Shown here one piece after another: positions 27,118-34,841 of a stretch of 43,541 nt of DNA; positions within the stretch are counted from its first letter, which is position 1, and the number at the start of each line of letters is the position of its first letter. A model generated the notes under the pieces. It had not been told where the DNA came from and did no database searches. It saw only the letters and a program-made list of their open reading frames with translations. Location of the stretch: IMG/VR virus record IMGVR_UViG_3300020016_000015, positions 1 to 43,541 of that record. One strand, 5' to 3'. The stretch comes from a virus. Lineage: Duplodnaviria; Caudoviricetes. The position numbers were made by a program, and so were the translations under genes.

Positions 27118-27406
27118 GTTCTACTCCCTGCATCCGAAGAGCCACATAGGCTAAGAACGAAAAGTTGGCTTGATCCATCAATTCGATGAGTGAGTTCTCG
27201 TTGAACTTATCTTCGCGCAGCTGGTCTTCGAACTCCACGATTTCGGCGCGGAGCAAATCCATAATGCGCGGTAGCGTTTCCATCGTGGGGGTATCTTTGT
27301 GGGAATTCTTATCGAGTTTAGCGATCATCCCGGCGATGAACGGTATAATGTACGGGCGGAATTTTTTCAGCGAGTCTGGCAACGTGACGATTAGGATACT
27401 AGTCAT
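27071..27406 (-). CDS. mazZ: MazG-like nucleotide pyrophosphohydrolase (MazZ-like, putative dGTP to dGMP)
   Basis: All-alpha E-x2-E...E-x2-D motif (AEIVEF...IELMDQANF), located between purZ and datZ. Confidence 0.6.
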   Translation of the reverse strand: MTSILIVTLPDSLKKFRPYIIPFIAGMIAKLDKNSHKDTPTMETLPRIMDLLRAEIVEFEDQLREDKFNENSLIELMDQANFSFLAYVALRMQGVEHDDGIQRTGCPPKHD

Positions 27407-28457
27407 GGCTCCACCAATTCGAACGTTCGATGTCTTCAATCTTTGGGCCGAACCCAACTAGAAGATCAAACTTCTTGCTGAGCACGGCCGACGCTTCGTG
27501 GAGCCCGTCGATGAATTGGATGTGTTCCTCGGGAGTGAAATAGTCCATGTGGCTTGCGAACACGTAATCGGGGTCGTTGGCGACGCAAGCCTCGAGGAAT
27601 TGGGTCATGGAGAAAGTGGCCACGCGACGGACCCTCTTCGTCACCGTGGTTATTTCAGGCTCACGTTTCAGTGCCTCCCATGTGGTTTCCTGCTGATCAA
27701 AATACCAAGTACCACTAGAATGCCCATCCACGTCGCCAACCCGAATGGGGTATGATCGGATGGCCATGTAAGTACGAGCAAGATGCCTAGGAGGAATTCT
27801 AGCATCGGCTAACCCCTGCATTACCGTGCACTCACGGCTTGTTACTTTGGGATAGAAGCGCGAATTGATACCTAAGCTGAAACCCTGGGCCACTTCCATG
27901 AAATAGGCGTGGTGCTCGGGTTCGATTGCGTGATCCATAAGCATCACGTTCTTCGCGACGCGGCCGAGGGATCGGTCAGCGATAGCATTCGGTTCCCTGC
28001 GGATTTTTCGCACCAACGCCGCGCCGGTTCCGCTCCGGGTGCCAGCGACCGCGCCGATTGACCCCTGTTCTTCCTCGCGCTTATCCTCGTCCGTCACGAT
28101 AGCGGCGTTATGGTGCACGAAGATTGGGATATAAGGATACCTCTCGGCTTCCTCTTTCAGTATGTCGCGGTCAATCACCGCCCCGGCGGATAAATACACC
28201 GGGATAGAAAGTCCCAATTTGTGGAGGGACACAGCGAATGTGGGCAGTTGTTTGAGTACAATTTTCTCGTCGCCGAAATAACTGGTGTGTCCGCTATTCG
28301 GTCCCCCGCTGTAAATAGCGCCAGCGAAATTGAAAGCATGTGGGGCAAGATTTTTATACGCTTGCCATGCGAGCCACGCTGAAAGTGCGCCCTTGCCCGT
28401 GGAGCCGAACTGGCCGTCAACGACGCAGTGGACCCCTTTGTTCTGGAACAAGGTCAT
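27399..28457 (-). CDS. purZ: PurZ-like 2-amino-deoxyadenylosuccinate synthetase
   Basis: DGQFGSTGKG (Ser in place of the PurA catalytic Asp), NSGH, E.AQGFSL, YP..TSR, YPIRV, TTVTKR.RR; short 352-aa form. Confidence 0.92.
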   Translation of the reverse strand: MTLFQNKGVHCVVDGQFGSTGKGALSAWLAWQAYKNLAPHAFNFAGAIYSGGPNSGHTSYFGDEKIVLKQLPTFAVSLHKLGLSIPVYLSAGAVIDRDILKEEAERYPYIPIFVHHNAAIVTDEDKREEEQGSIGAVAGTRSGTGAALVRKIRREPNAIADRSLGRVAKNVMLMDHAIEPEHHAYFMEVAQGFSLGINSRFYPKVTSRECTVMQGLADARIPPRHLARTYMAIRSYPIRVGDVDGHSSGTWYFDQQETTWEALKREPEITTVTKRVRRVATFSMTQFLEACVANDPDYVFASHMDYFTPEEHIQFIDGLHEASAVLSKKFDLLVGFGPKIEDIERSNWWSHD

Positions 28458-28789
28458 TAGTCGGCCTGCTTGTTCGCGTGGTCGGGGTGGAGCATCGCGG
28501 CGAGGGCGGTGTAACCCGCCCCATCGGTGAAATTGTCCTCGGAATAGCCGTACGTCGAACGGGCCGTCTTCACCATGGCCATCATTTGAGCGACGTCATA
28601 AGGGCGAAGTTTAACCTCGCCACGGATAGTGAACGAATGGTTGATGTAGACCGACCACAAATCGGCGATCATGCCGAATGATCGCTCGGTGTGGCCGTGT
28701 TCCTGCCCCCGCTTGCGGATAGCGTCGCCAGCGTCGAGCAGTACTTTCTCGGGGACAGTCAAATCGGTGGGCTTGATATTCGGGTTCAT
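28457..28789 (-). CDS. DUF6378-like protein
   Basis: R...HG....F..IA.LWS.Y...VA.MM...K.AR.....D...D.AGY. Confidence 0.75.
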   Translation of the reverse strand: MNPNIKPTDLTVPEKVLLDAGDAIRKRGQEHGHTERSFGMIADLWSVYINHSFTIRGEVKLRPYDVAQMMAMVKTARSTYGYSEDNFTDGAGYTALAAMLHPDHANKQAD

Positions 28790-29181
28790 GTAGTGCCTTT
28801 CTTATAGTGGTAATACTTGACCAATTGGTCGTGGAAGTCAACGTCGGTAGTCGTGATAGAGAAGCAGTCCGTTTGACGGATTACTTCAGCCGCTTCGTGG
28901 AAGTAATAGTTGCCGTCTTTGTAACCAATCATCACCGGGATGACGTGGCCGTATTTATCGGCAGCATCTTTCACGCGCATTAGTTCGATGTATTGTCTTG
29001 GAGTTGGGCCGAACGTAGACCCCCGGATTAGCTTTACTTCGGCTAAGAACACCGGCAATCCTTTGGGTATAAGGATTGTATCCATAACACCCACCGCAAA
29101 TTGATCTTCGATGCGGCGGGCGTAACCCCCATGTTGCTTTATGGAGGCAATCATCTTTCTCTTTACGGAGGCTTCATTCAC
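28786..29181 (-). CDS. PD-(D/E)XK nuclease (VRR-NUC / resolvase-like)
   Basis: N-terminal E, GVMD...AEVK, and Q motif. Confidence 0.7.
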   Translation of the reverse strand: MNEASVKRKMIASIKQHGGYARRIEDQFAVGVMDTILIPKGLPVFLAEVKLIRGSTFGPTPRQYIELMRVKDAADKYGHVIPVMIGYKDGNYYFHEAAEVIRQTDCFSITTTDVDFHDQLVKYYHYKKGTT

Positions 29182-29389
29182 GGAGTTCTGCCTTGTTAAA
29201 CCACCACTCTGTCACGGTGAACATTCGGTTACCAAGGTCGTCGGCCTCGCTTATTTCGACTACCTGCGACTTGGGGACCCAAACTTCACGCTTGGGACCC
29301 ATCGTCGGAGTTATCAAGTACGCTTTCGCCGTGGTCACTTCTATTCCCGCTTCCAGCATGACGGTTGGATCGCCTGACCGGTACGCCAT
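29174..29389 (-). CDS. Hypothetical protein
   Basis: T.KAYL...WVPKSQ...EW pattern of a small conserved phage family. Confidence 0.7.
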   Translation of the reverse strand: MAYRSGDPTVMLEAGIEVTTAKAYLITPTMGPKREVWVPKSQVVEISEADDLGNRMFTVTEWWFNKAELRE

Positions 29390-29416
29390 TTTATCATCCC
29401 CGCGCGCCCCTGTCAA
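29388..29416 (-). promoter_or_regulatory. sigma70 promoter TTGACA-N17-TAAAAT upstream of the purZ operon
   Basis: Consensus boxes with TG extension. Confidence 0.75.
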
Positions 29417-29423
29417 GGGGGTT

Positions 29424-29807
29424 TTATTTTTTATTCCACGGCTTAAAGAGTCTGATTTCGTCGAGGCTTGGCCATTCGCCAGTGAAACGTAACGCCCGGT
29501 CGTCGATCGTTAGGAAGGCCGACGGCTTGTAGTCCGGCCATTCAATTTCGTCAAGCCATTTCAAATCCTCGTCGGAGTGTGCAGCTTCTTCGGCGCAGTA
29601 ACGCAACCACTCCTGCATCGCTTCGAGGCCGCCTTCTTGATGACTGCGGCTCGAATAGATAGCCACGGTGTATTCTTTCACCGCTTCGCGTAAGAAGGCT
29701 ATAGCACCTGGAACCGGCGGGTCCGAAACGATAGACGCGCCTTTCCAAGGGCTTGTGTACGAGTGGATCACGCCGTCGAAGTCTAAGCATAGAGTGGGTT
29801 TAATCAT
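29424..29807 (-). CDS. HAD-superfamily phosphatase/nucleotidase
   Basis: LDFDGVI motif I, SSR motif II, KP...IDDR motifs III/IV. Confidence 0.82.
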   Translation of the reverse strand: MIKPTLCLDFDGVIHSYTSPWKGASIVSDPPVPGAIAFLREAVKEYTVAIYSSRSHQEGGLEAMQEWLRYCAEEAAHSDEDLKWLDEIEWPDYKPSAFLTIDDRALRFTGEWPSLDEIRLFKPWNKK

Positions 29808-29964
29808 TTCGCATTTCTCCCTTGTATTCTGCGTCGCTTTCTTCGTCTTGGACTTTTTCGAAAGTTTCACAGCCTTCAGTTTCGCACATGAAGTATACCC
29901 CCATCCCGCCACCGGCAAGGCCGTACCCCATTTTCATTTCCTTACCGCATTTTGGGCAAAGCAT
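29800..29964 (-). CDS. Small Zn-ribbon protein (54 aa), below the ORF-track cutoff
   Basis: MLCPKCGKEMKMGYGLAGGGMGVYFMCETEGC...; coupled to both neighbours. Confidence 0.7.
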   Translation of the reverse strand: MLCPKCGKEMKMGYGLAGGGMGVYFMCETEGCETFEKVQDEESDAEYKGEMRND

Positions 29965-30161
29965 TATTCCTTCTCCTTTAGTATCTTATGGACCCCGAGG
30001 AATTCGGTGGATTCCTTCCTATAGACGTGCACGACACGGGTCCCCATTTGTTGCAACACAACGCCTTCCATTCCCTGCAGCGTCGTATAAGTTCCGACCA
30101 GAACCCCGATGAACCCGTCGTGCTTAGCCTTATACACATCGTGTTCAACCACATTACTCAT
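29964..30161 (-). CDS. Hypothetical protein
   Basis: 65-aa ORF coupled to the polymerase stop. Confidence 0.65.
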   Translation of the reverse strand: MSNVVEHDVYKAKHDGFIGVLVGTYTTLQGMEGVVLQQMGTRVVHVYRKESTEFLGVHKILKEKE

Positions 30162-31947
30162 CGTACTTGTCCAGCTTGCTGCCGTAAGACGCTCGAGCCC
30201 AATCCGGCCCAGACCCCAAACCGAATGGAATAGGGACGGACAGTTTCAGTTCGTCGGCGACGTGTTCAACGATGCCAATTAGCTCGGCTACTTCGTGCCC
30301 CGGATCGCGCTGCCAAAGCAAACTGTCGTGAATGGTGAGCAGCATCTGAACCTTGTCGGGGTACACATCTTCGTACTGGCAAGCCCGGAGCAGGCTTAAT
30401 TTCAGGTGTTCACCGCCCACGTTCTGAATAATGCGCGACACGGCGCGATATGCGAACCGTGGGTTATCACAGTAAGCGCGCCTGCCGAGAATAGTCTTGA
30501 CATAGCCCCGCCGCTTGAATGTCTGTACAGCCAACTGTTGGAACTGACCAATCTTGGGGAACGCGTCGCTAAGGAAGGCGGAGTGTGCCGCGCGTGCTCG
30601 CTCCAACGGCCAACGCATGTGCCCAGACAGGGTGGGCGGGGACATCATAGTTAGCATCCCCATCGACAGTCGCTTTGCTACCTCGCGGTCTAGGTTAAGA
30701 ATTTGCGAGGCTCTATCGTGGATATCCATAGTTCCATTTCGGTATCCTTCTGTGAGCACCGGATCACCCGAATAATGAGTGAATAATCGTGGTTCTTGTT
30801 GCTTTGCATCTGCTTCTTCGAAGACGAATCCTTCATCAGGGACAACAAGCCTTCGCACAACTCTTCCCACTTCGATGTTTCGCTTGGGGAAAGCTTGTAA
30901 GTTAGGTTCGGAACATGAAAATCTAACGCCCGCAACTCCGTAGTCATCCGATTTGGATTGGTTGAGTATAGGATGAACTCGTCCGTTAACGTTGTGAGTA
31001 TCGATGAGCGGCGCGATGAAACTGTCCCGCGCCTTTTCGAGCCGCCGGACCGTGAGGATCGCTTGCCCGATGTCATTTGTTTCCAACCATTTTTCTGTAA
31101 ATGAGAACGCCCCGTTGTCGGTCTTGGCGAAGCGCTCGTCAGTGAAACCGTTAGCCCTAAACAGAGCCTCGACTGATTTCGGTGACCGCGCGTTGAACCC
31201 TGGAACAAATACCTTGCTGGCCTCCTTGATAGCTTCGTCGACGTCGACGACTACCTTCTGTGAGTATTCGGGGTCGATCTTAAGTCCCCGGTTGTGCATC
31301 CGCGCCACATAAGGCAGCAGATCGCACTCAAGCTTCCACGGAGCCCTGATTTCATCCCCGTCCAGAATTCGCTGTTGCTTTGCCCATAGTTCGAGCGTTG
31401 AAATGCCGTCGCCGGTCGCGTAATCGACCACGAGGGGGTGGTCCCCTTCCAGGCGCCAGAAATTCCCCATCTGCTTCTTCTCGGGGAGGCCACCGAACCT
31501 ACGCGCCAATTCGGCGTATAGTTCTGCCCCCTTCTTGGGGGTGACGCCGTGGCGAATACAGCACTCTTCTAGGCTGTACCCCTGTGTTATGTCACTGATG
31601 ATCGCCTCGTTGATCATCGTGTCTTCTAGTGGAGAGCCCAGAACAATCCCATGCCTAAGAGTGAACCTAAGATCAAAGCCCAGATTATGCCCAACAGTCC
31701 GAAAACCGAGTCGACTACGAGCCCTAAAAGCGCCATCAAGTTCGCGTTCGAATTCCTCTGCGTTGGGAACATTGCCCCCTCCTTCATGTCTGAGTGGGAC
31801 GTATATTGAATATTTATCATTCGTGATGACATGGCCGCAAATCCTGTCCTTGATGGTTAGACCGGTGGTTTCGGTGTCGTAGGCGATAGGCCCAGAATTA
31901 CTTTCAACGATGTCGAGCGCCAACTGTGGTTCAATGCATTGTATCAT
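30154..31947 (-). CDS. dpoZ: Family A DNA polymerase with 3'-5' exonuclease (DpoZ-like)
   Basis: DTETTG, HN..FD, YA..D exonuclease motifs; PNLQ; motif A D..QQEPR; motif C HDS; no 5'-3' exonuclease domain; linked to purZ. Confidence 0.8.
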   Translation of the reverse strand: MIQCIEPQLALDIVESNSGPIAYDTETTGLTIKDRICGHVITNDKYSIYVPLRHEGGGNVPNAEEFERELDGAFRARSRLGFRTVGHNLGFDLRFTLRHGIVLGSPLEDTMINEAIISDITQGYSLEECCIRHGVTPKKGAELYAELARRFGGLPEKKQMGNFWRLEGDHPLVVDYATGDGISTLELWAKQQRILDGDEIRAPWKLECDLLPYVARMHNRGLKIDPEYSQKVVVDVDEAIKEASKVFVPGFNARSPKSVEALFRANGFTDERFAKTDNGAFSFTEKWLETNDIGQAILTVRRLEKARDSFIAPLIDTHNVNGRVHPILNQSKSDDYGVAGVRFSCSEPNLQAFPKRNIEVGRVVRRLVVPDEGFVFEEADAKQQEPRLFTHYSGDPVLTEGYRNGTMDIHDRASQILNLDREVAKRLSMGMLTMMSPPTLSGHMRWPLERARAAHSAFLSDAFPKIGQFQQLAVQTFKRRGYVKTILGRRAYCDNPRFAYRAVSRIIQNVGGEHLKLSLLRACQYEDVYPDKVQMLLTIHDSLLWQRDPGHEVAELIGIVEHVADELKLSVPIPFGLGSGPDWARASYGSKLDKYDE

Positions 31948-32111
31948 GATTTGTCTTCCCAAGTAATCTTGTACCCGGCGTCTTTCAACGCTTTAACAAT
32001 GGCTTCAGCTGCCTTCTCTACTTCCCACACCGGAGGGATTTTGAAACCACTACTATATAAATGTGCAAACGTGGGGAGGTTCTCCGCCACTATGTCTTTC
32101 GGTGACTTCAT
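31944..32111 (-). CDS. Small hypothetical protein
   Basis: Begins MKSPKDIVAE; overlaps the polymerase start. Confidence 0.5.
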   Translation of the reverse strand: MKSPKDIVAENLPTFAHLYSSGFKIPPVWEVEKAAEAIVKALKDAGYKITWEDKS

Positions 32112-32223
32112 CGTGTTACCTTCCCACAACTCTTACATTTCCAATAGACACTGTGAAAATCGTGACCTATAGTTCCGCCGCACCCTCCCCACCAGCAGAG
32201 AAAGATGCGGCGGAGTATTAACG

Positions 32224-33060
32224 TCAGAACGGGATTACTTCTTCCTTGATCGCCCGCCCCTGCTCGCCTTGACCCATCGCGGTCTTGTCGAACACCGGCT
32301 CGTCTTCCGTCTCGTCGTTGGCGACCCAACCGCCCTTACTGAATCTCTCGTAGAACTCGTTGCAGACCGCCGCCTGCTCTTGGCTGGCGAATCCTGCTCC
32401 GGTGTAGGTGAAATTGAAGTAGGGTCCCTCGGCCCCCTTCTGTTGCACCGTGCCGATGTTGTACAGCTGGCAGAAGTGGGGCACCGGCTTGGAATCAATC
32501 CGCGACAGCAGCTGCTGCATCGGCTTGATGCTCGACCGGGTGTTGATAATGATCGACGGCGAAAGTTCCGGGAAGTCCGGCAGGAACCACATCATGTTGT
32601 AGGTCAGGCTCGCCGCCGGGGGCGAGTTGTTGTCCCCCGGAATGGACGTGCCGAACTGGTCCAGCTTGCTTTCGGCGACGGTCTTGCACGTCTTGTAGGT
32701 CACGTTATTCGGCGACCCCTTGGGCTTGACGGTGAACTCGGCGTTGGGCGGGTCCCAATGAATGCCGTCCATGGCCCTCGCCAGAATACCCCGGTCATCG
32801 TTGCGCGGCGCCCAGAGGATGTAGGACTTGCGGATGACGATCGGAATCGCTCTCAGCGTCGGCCCCATGTTCTCCTGCGCGATGGTGTGCCAGAACTGAC
32901 CCGCCTTCGCCTTGTCTGCGAAGTCCTGCAGTTCCGGTGAAATGGCCTGCATCAGCTTGATGCGGGGGATTATTCGGTCGGTGGAATCGATGTTACCCAA
33001 CGATCCCTTGGCGTATTGTGCCAGATAGCCGGGCACCTCGGCTCGAACGATGTCAGACAT
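32224..33060 (-). CDS. Putative ssDNA-binding/annealing protein
   Basis: IPRIKLMQAISPE motif, acidic C-terminus ending EEVIPF, upstream of the polymerase. Confidence 0.6.
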   Translation of the reverse strand: MSDIVRAEVPGYLAQYAKGSLGNIDSTDRIIPRIKLMQAISPELQDFADKAKAGQFWHTIAQENMGPTLRAIPIVIRKSYILWAPRNDDRGILARAMDGIHWDPPNAEFTVKPKGSPNNVTYKTCKTVAESKLDQFGTSIPGDNNSPPAASLTYNMMWFLPDFPELSPSIIINTRSSIKPMQQLLSRIDSKPVPHFCQLYNIGTVQQKGAEGPYFNFTYTGAGFASQEQAAVCNEFYERFSKGGWVANDETEDEPVFDKTAMGQGEQGRAIKEEVIPF

Positions 33061-33061
33061 G

Positions 33062-33232
33062 TCATTTCACCTTCGTGTGTTGTTTCGCGTATTCGATGAA
33101 TGCGTTCAAGGTGGGTATATCTAAGTACACCTTGTGGTCGCCGTGAAAGCGCGGGGCGCGCAGGCAGAATTGATAGCCGTCGAACGACGCGTATAACCCG
33201 TCGCCGAGGTACGTTTCCCTTGCCCCCTCCAT
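33062..33232 (-). CDS. Small conserved phage protein (56 aa), below the ORF-track cutoff
   Basis: MEGARETYLGDGLYASFDGYQFCLRAPR...VYLD; exactly fills the gap. Confidence 0.7.
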   Translation of the reverse strand: MEGARETYLGDGLYASFDGYQFCLRAPRFHGDHKVYLDIPTLNAFIEYAKQHTKVK

Positions 33233-33723
33233 CATTTCGCCTTCGTGATGCTGGTGTAAGTCATGATGTTGGTGGTGAAGGTCGGGGCAGGGAGTTCGAG
33301 CCCCTCCTCGTTGAGTTCCTTGGCCAACGCGCCGAGCGTTTGGGCGTTAACTGTCTCTTGGATCACCCCACCGTGCGCATTCGCGCGCAGCCATTCGAAC
33401 CCCGCCTGCTTTTCAGGGATCGAGGCAGACCAACGCGTTCCGAGCGACACTCGGCCGACGCCTTCGATGGTGGTGGACTTGATGTTGTGTGCCCGCATCA
33501 CGCTTGGCACTTGCTCCCGCGACAGGTTCTCCTCGATCTTGGCGAGGGCTTCGCGGGCTTCCTTGATGCTCGCCGTGGCCAACCGCACCTTGTCGTAGTG
33601 CTTGATGACTTGAACGGGGTCGTTCGTGGCGATCGCTTCGTTCGTTTCGTTCCTGATCCGCTCTGTTACAGCGGTTAGATTGAAACAGATGGTTTGTAGT
33701 TCCCCTATAGTACCTTCTTGCAT
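33232..33723 (-). CDS. Conserved replication-module protein
   Basis: Coiled coil followed by WLR..G.G.I.ETVN.QTL....KE...G...P. Confidence 0.75.
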   Translation of the reverse strand: MQEGTIGELQTICFNLTAVTERIRNETNEAIATNDPVQVIKHYDKVRLATASIKEAREALAKIEENLSREQVPSVMRAHNIKSTTIEGVGRVSLGTRWSASIPEKQAGFEWLRANAHGGVIQETVNAQTLGALAKELNEEGLELPAPTFTTNIMTYTSITKAK

Positions 33724-33766
33724 CGCTGCCTCGTTGTACCGGCACCTTGATCAGCGCCGTACGATC

Positions 33767-33795
33767 ATCGTACCACGCCGGGGCAGCCCTGTCAA
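33767..33795 (-). promoter_or_regulatory. sigma70 promoter TTGACA-N17-TACGAT
   Basis: Consensus boxes with TG extension. Confidence 0.75.
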
Positions 33796-33812
33796 GATGG
33801 TCTTAATATGGT

Positions 33813-33845
33813 GGAGCCGCTGGCGATGGTTAAACCAGCGGCTCC
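33813..33845 (-). terminator. Terminator-like hairpin after paralog C
   Basis: 11-bp stem GGAGCCGCTGG/CCAGCGGCTCC; weak U-tract. Confidence 0.5.
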
Positions 33846-33875
33846 TTCCACTACGGCCGACTTGGGGGGTCGGAT

Positions 33876-34319
33876 TTAGGCCGCAGCGGGTTCCGCCGCC
33901 TTCGCTTCCGCAGCCTTCGCTGCGGCACCACCGAGCGCCTGCTTGGGCAGGTTCAGCGGCACTTCCGAGCCGTCGAGCGCGACCGCCTTGCCGTTCTTGC
34001 GAACGAACGTGGCGAGCATGTTGCGCAGCGTCATGCGAGCGCGGCCTTCCGCGCCGTGGCGCTTCTCGGCGACCTGGCCTTCGTAGTGCGCCACCTTGTC
34101 CTCGGCGATGCCGTTCTTACGGCACAGGTCGAAGAACTTGGCGAACGAGAAGGCGTTGGCCTCGGTGCACTGCTCCTTGATGAACAGCGCGAGCGGGTCG
34201 TCGCCGCCGGTCTTGTACTTGCCCGCGTACTTCGCCGGGACGATCGACTTCGTGGTCTTCGGTTCGGTCGGAGCGGTGGGCGGCGAATCGGTCGCCGAAG
34301 CTTGGGTCTGGTCGGTCAT
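33876..34319 (-). CDS. Paralog C of the GxxGRxRMT family
   Basis: SIVPAKY...GGDDPLA...C...F..LC..NGI...GAEGRARMTLRN; strong AAGGAG RBS and its own promoter. Confidence 0.8.
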   Translation of the reverse strand: MTDQTQASATDSPPTAPTEPKTTKSIVPAKYAGKYKTGGDDPLALFIKEQCTEANAFSFAKFFDLCRKNGIAEDKVAHYEGQVAEKRHGAEGRARMTLRNMLATFVRKNGKAVALDGSEVPLNLPKQALGGAAAKAAEAKAAEPAAA

Positions 34320-34358
34320 GTTACTCTCCTTGGTTACTGGGTCTGCCCCATCCCGTGC

Positions 34359-34388
34359 ATCCTAGCACACCCGACCGGTTGGTGTCAA
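34359..34388 (-). promoter_or_regulatory. sigma70 promoter TTGACA-N18-TAGGAT
   Basis: Boxes with TG extension upstream of paralog C. Confidence 0.7.
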
Positions 34389-34402
34389 CCCCCCTTGAAT
34401 AT

Positions 34403-34654
34403 CTATGTGAGGAATGACTTTCGTTCTCGGTAGAACTTTTCACACGCTTCTTTCGCTGAATTGAACGTGTCATGGGCACGGAACCCACCCAGATCGACGC
34501 GCGAACCGTCGAACCGCTGCGCCCCGACATACTTCACGCTGGCGGTGAATTTCTCATCCTGACACGTTATAATGAACGTAAACACGCCTTGCATGGCGCC
34601 CCATATTCTTTGCTCAGGGAATACTCGTGGCATTTCGCTGAAGTTCAACGCCAT
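34403..34654 (-). CDS. Hypothetical protein
   Basis: 83-aa ORF with AGGAGG RBS. Confidence 0.7.
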   Translation of the reverse strand: MALNFSEMPRVFPEQRIWGAMQGVFTFIITCQDEKFTASVKYVGAQRFDGSRVDLGGFRAHDTFNSAKEACEKFYRERKSFLT

Positions 34655-34841
34655 TCATTTCCTCCTGGAATTTCATAACCAACTGCATGCGGTTCGCCAC
34701 ATGAAACTTCGTGTATAAAATGTGAAGCTTCATCTTCACGGTGCCCTCGGTAATGTTCATTGTGAGGGCGATTTCTTTGTTACTCTTGCCCTTAGCTAAC
34801 TCGGTTAGCAGTTCGCGTTGCCGGTTCGATAGAGTGTGCAT
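34614..34841 (-). CDS. Stand-alone LuxR/GerE-type HTH regulator
   Basis: LS.RQ.E.L..LA.G.SNKEIA..M.I.EGTVK..L..LY.K..V.NR. Confidence 0.85.
   Translation of the reverse strand: MHTLSNRQRELLTELAKGKSNKEIALTMNITEGTVKMKLHILYTKFHVANRMQLVMKFQEEMNGVELQRNATSIP

Noticed and set aside
27399-28457. Ordinary adenylosuccinate synthetase (purA) auxiliary gene
   Set aside because: The catalytic Asp is replaced by Ser, the protein is short, and datZ/mazZ-like neighbours point to PurZ.
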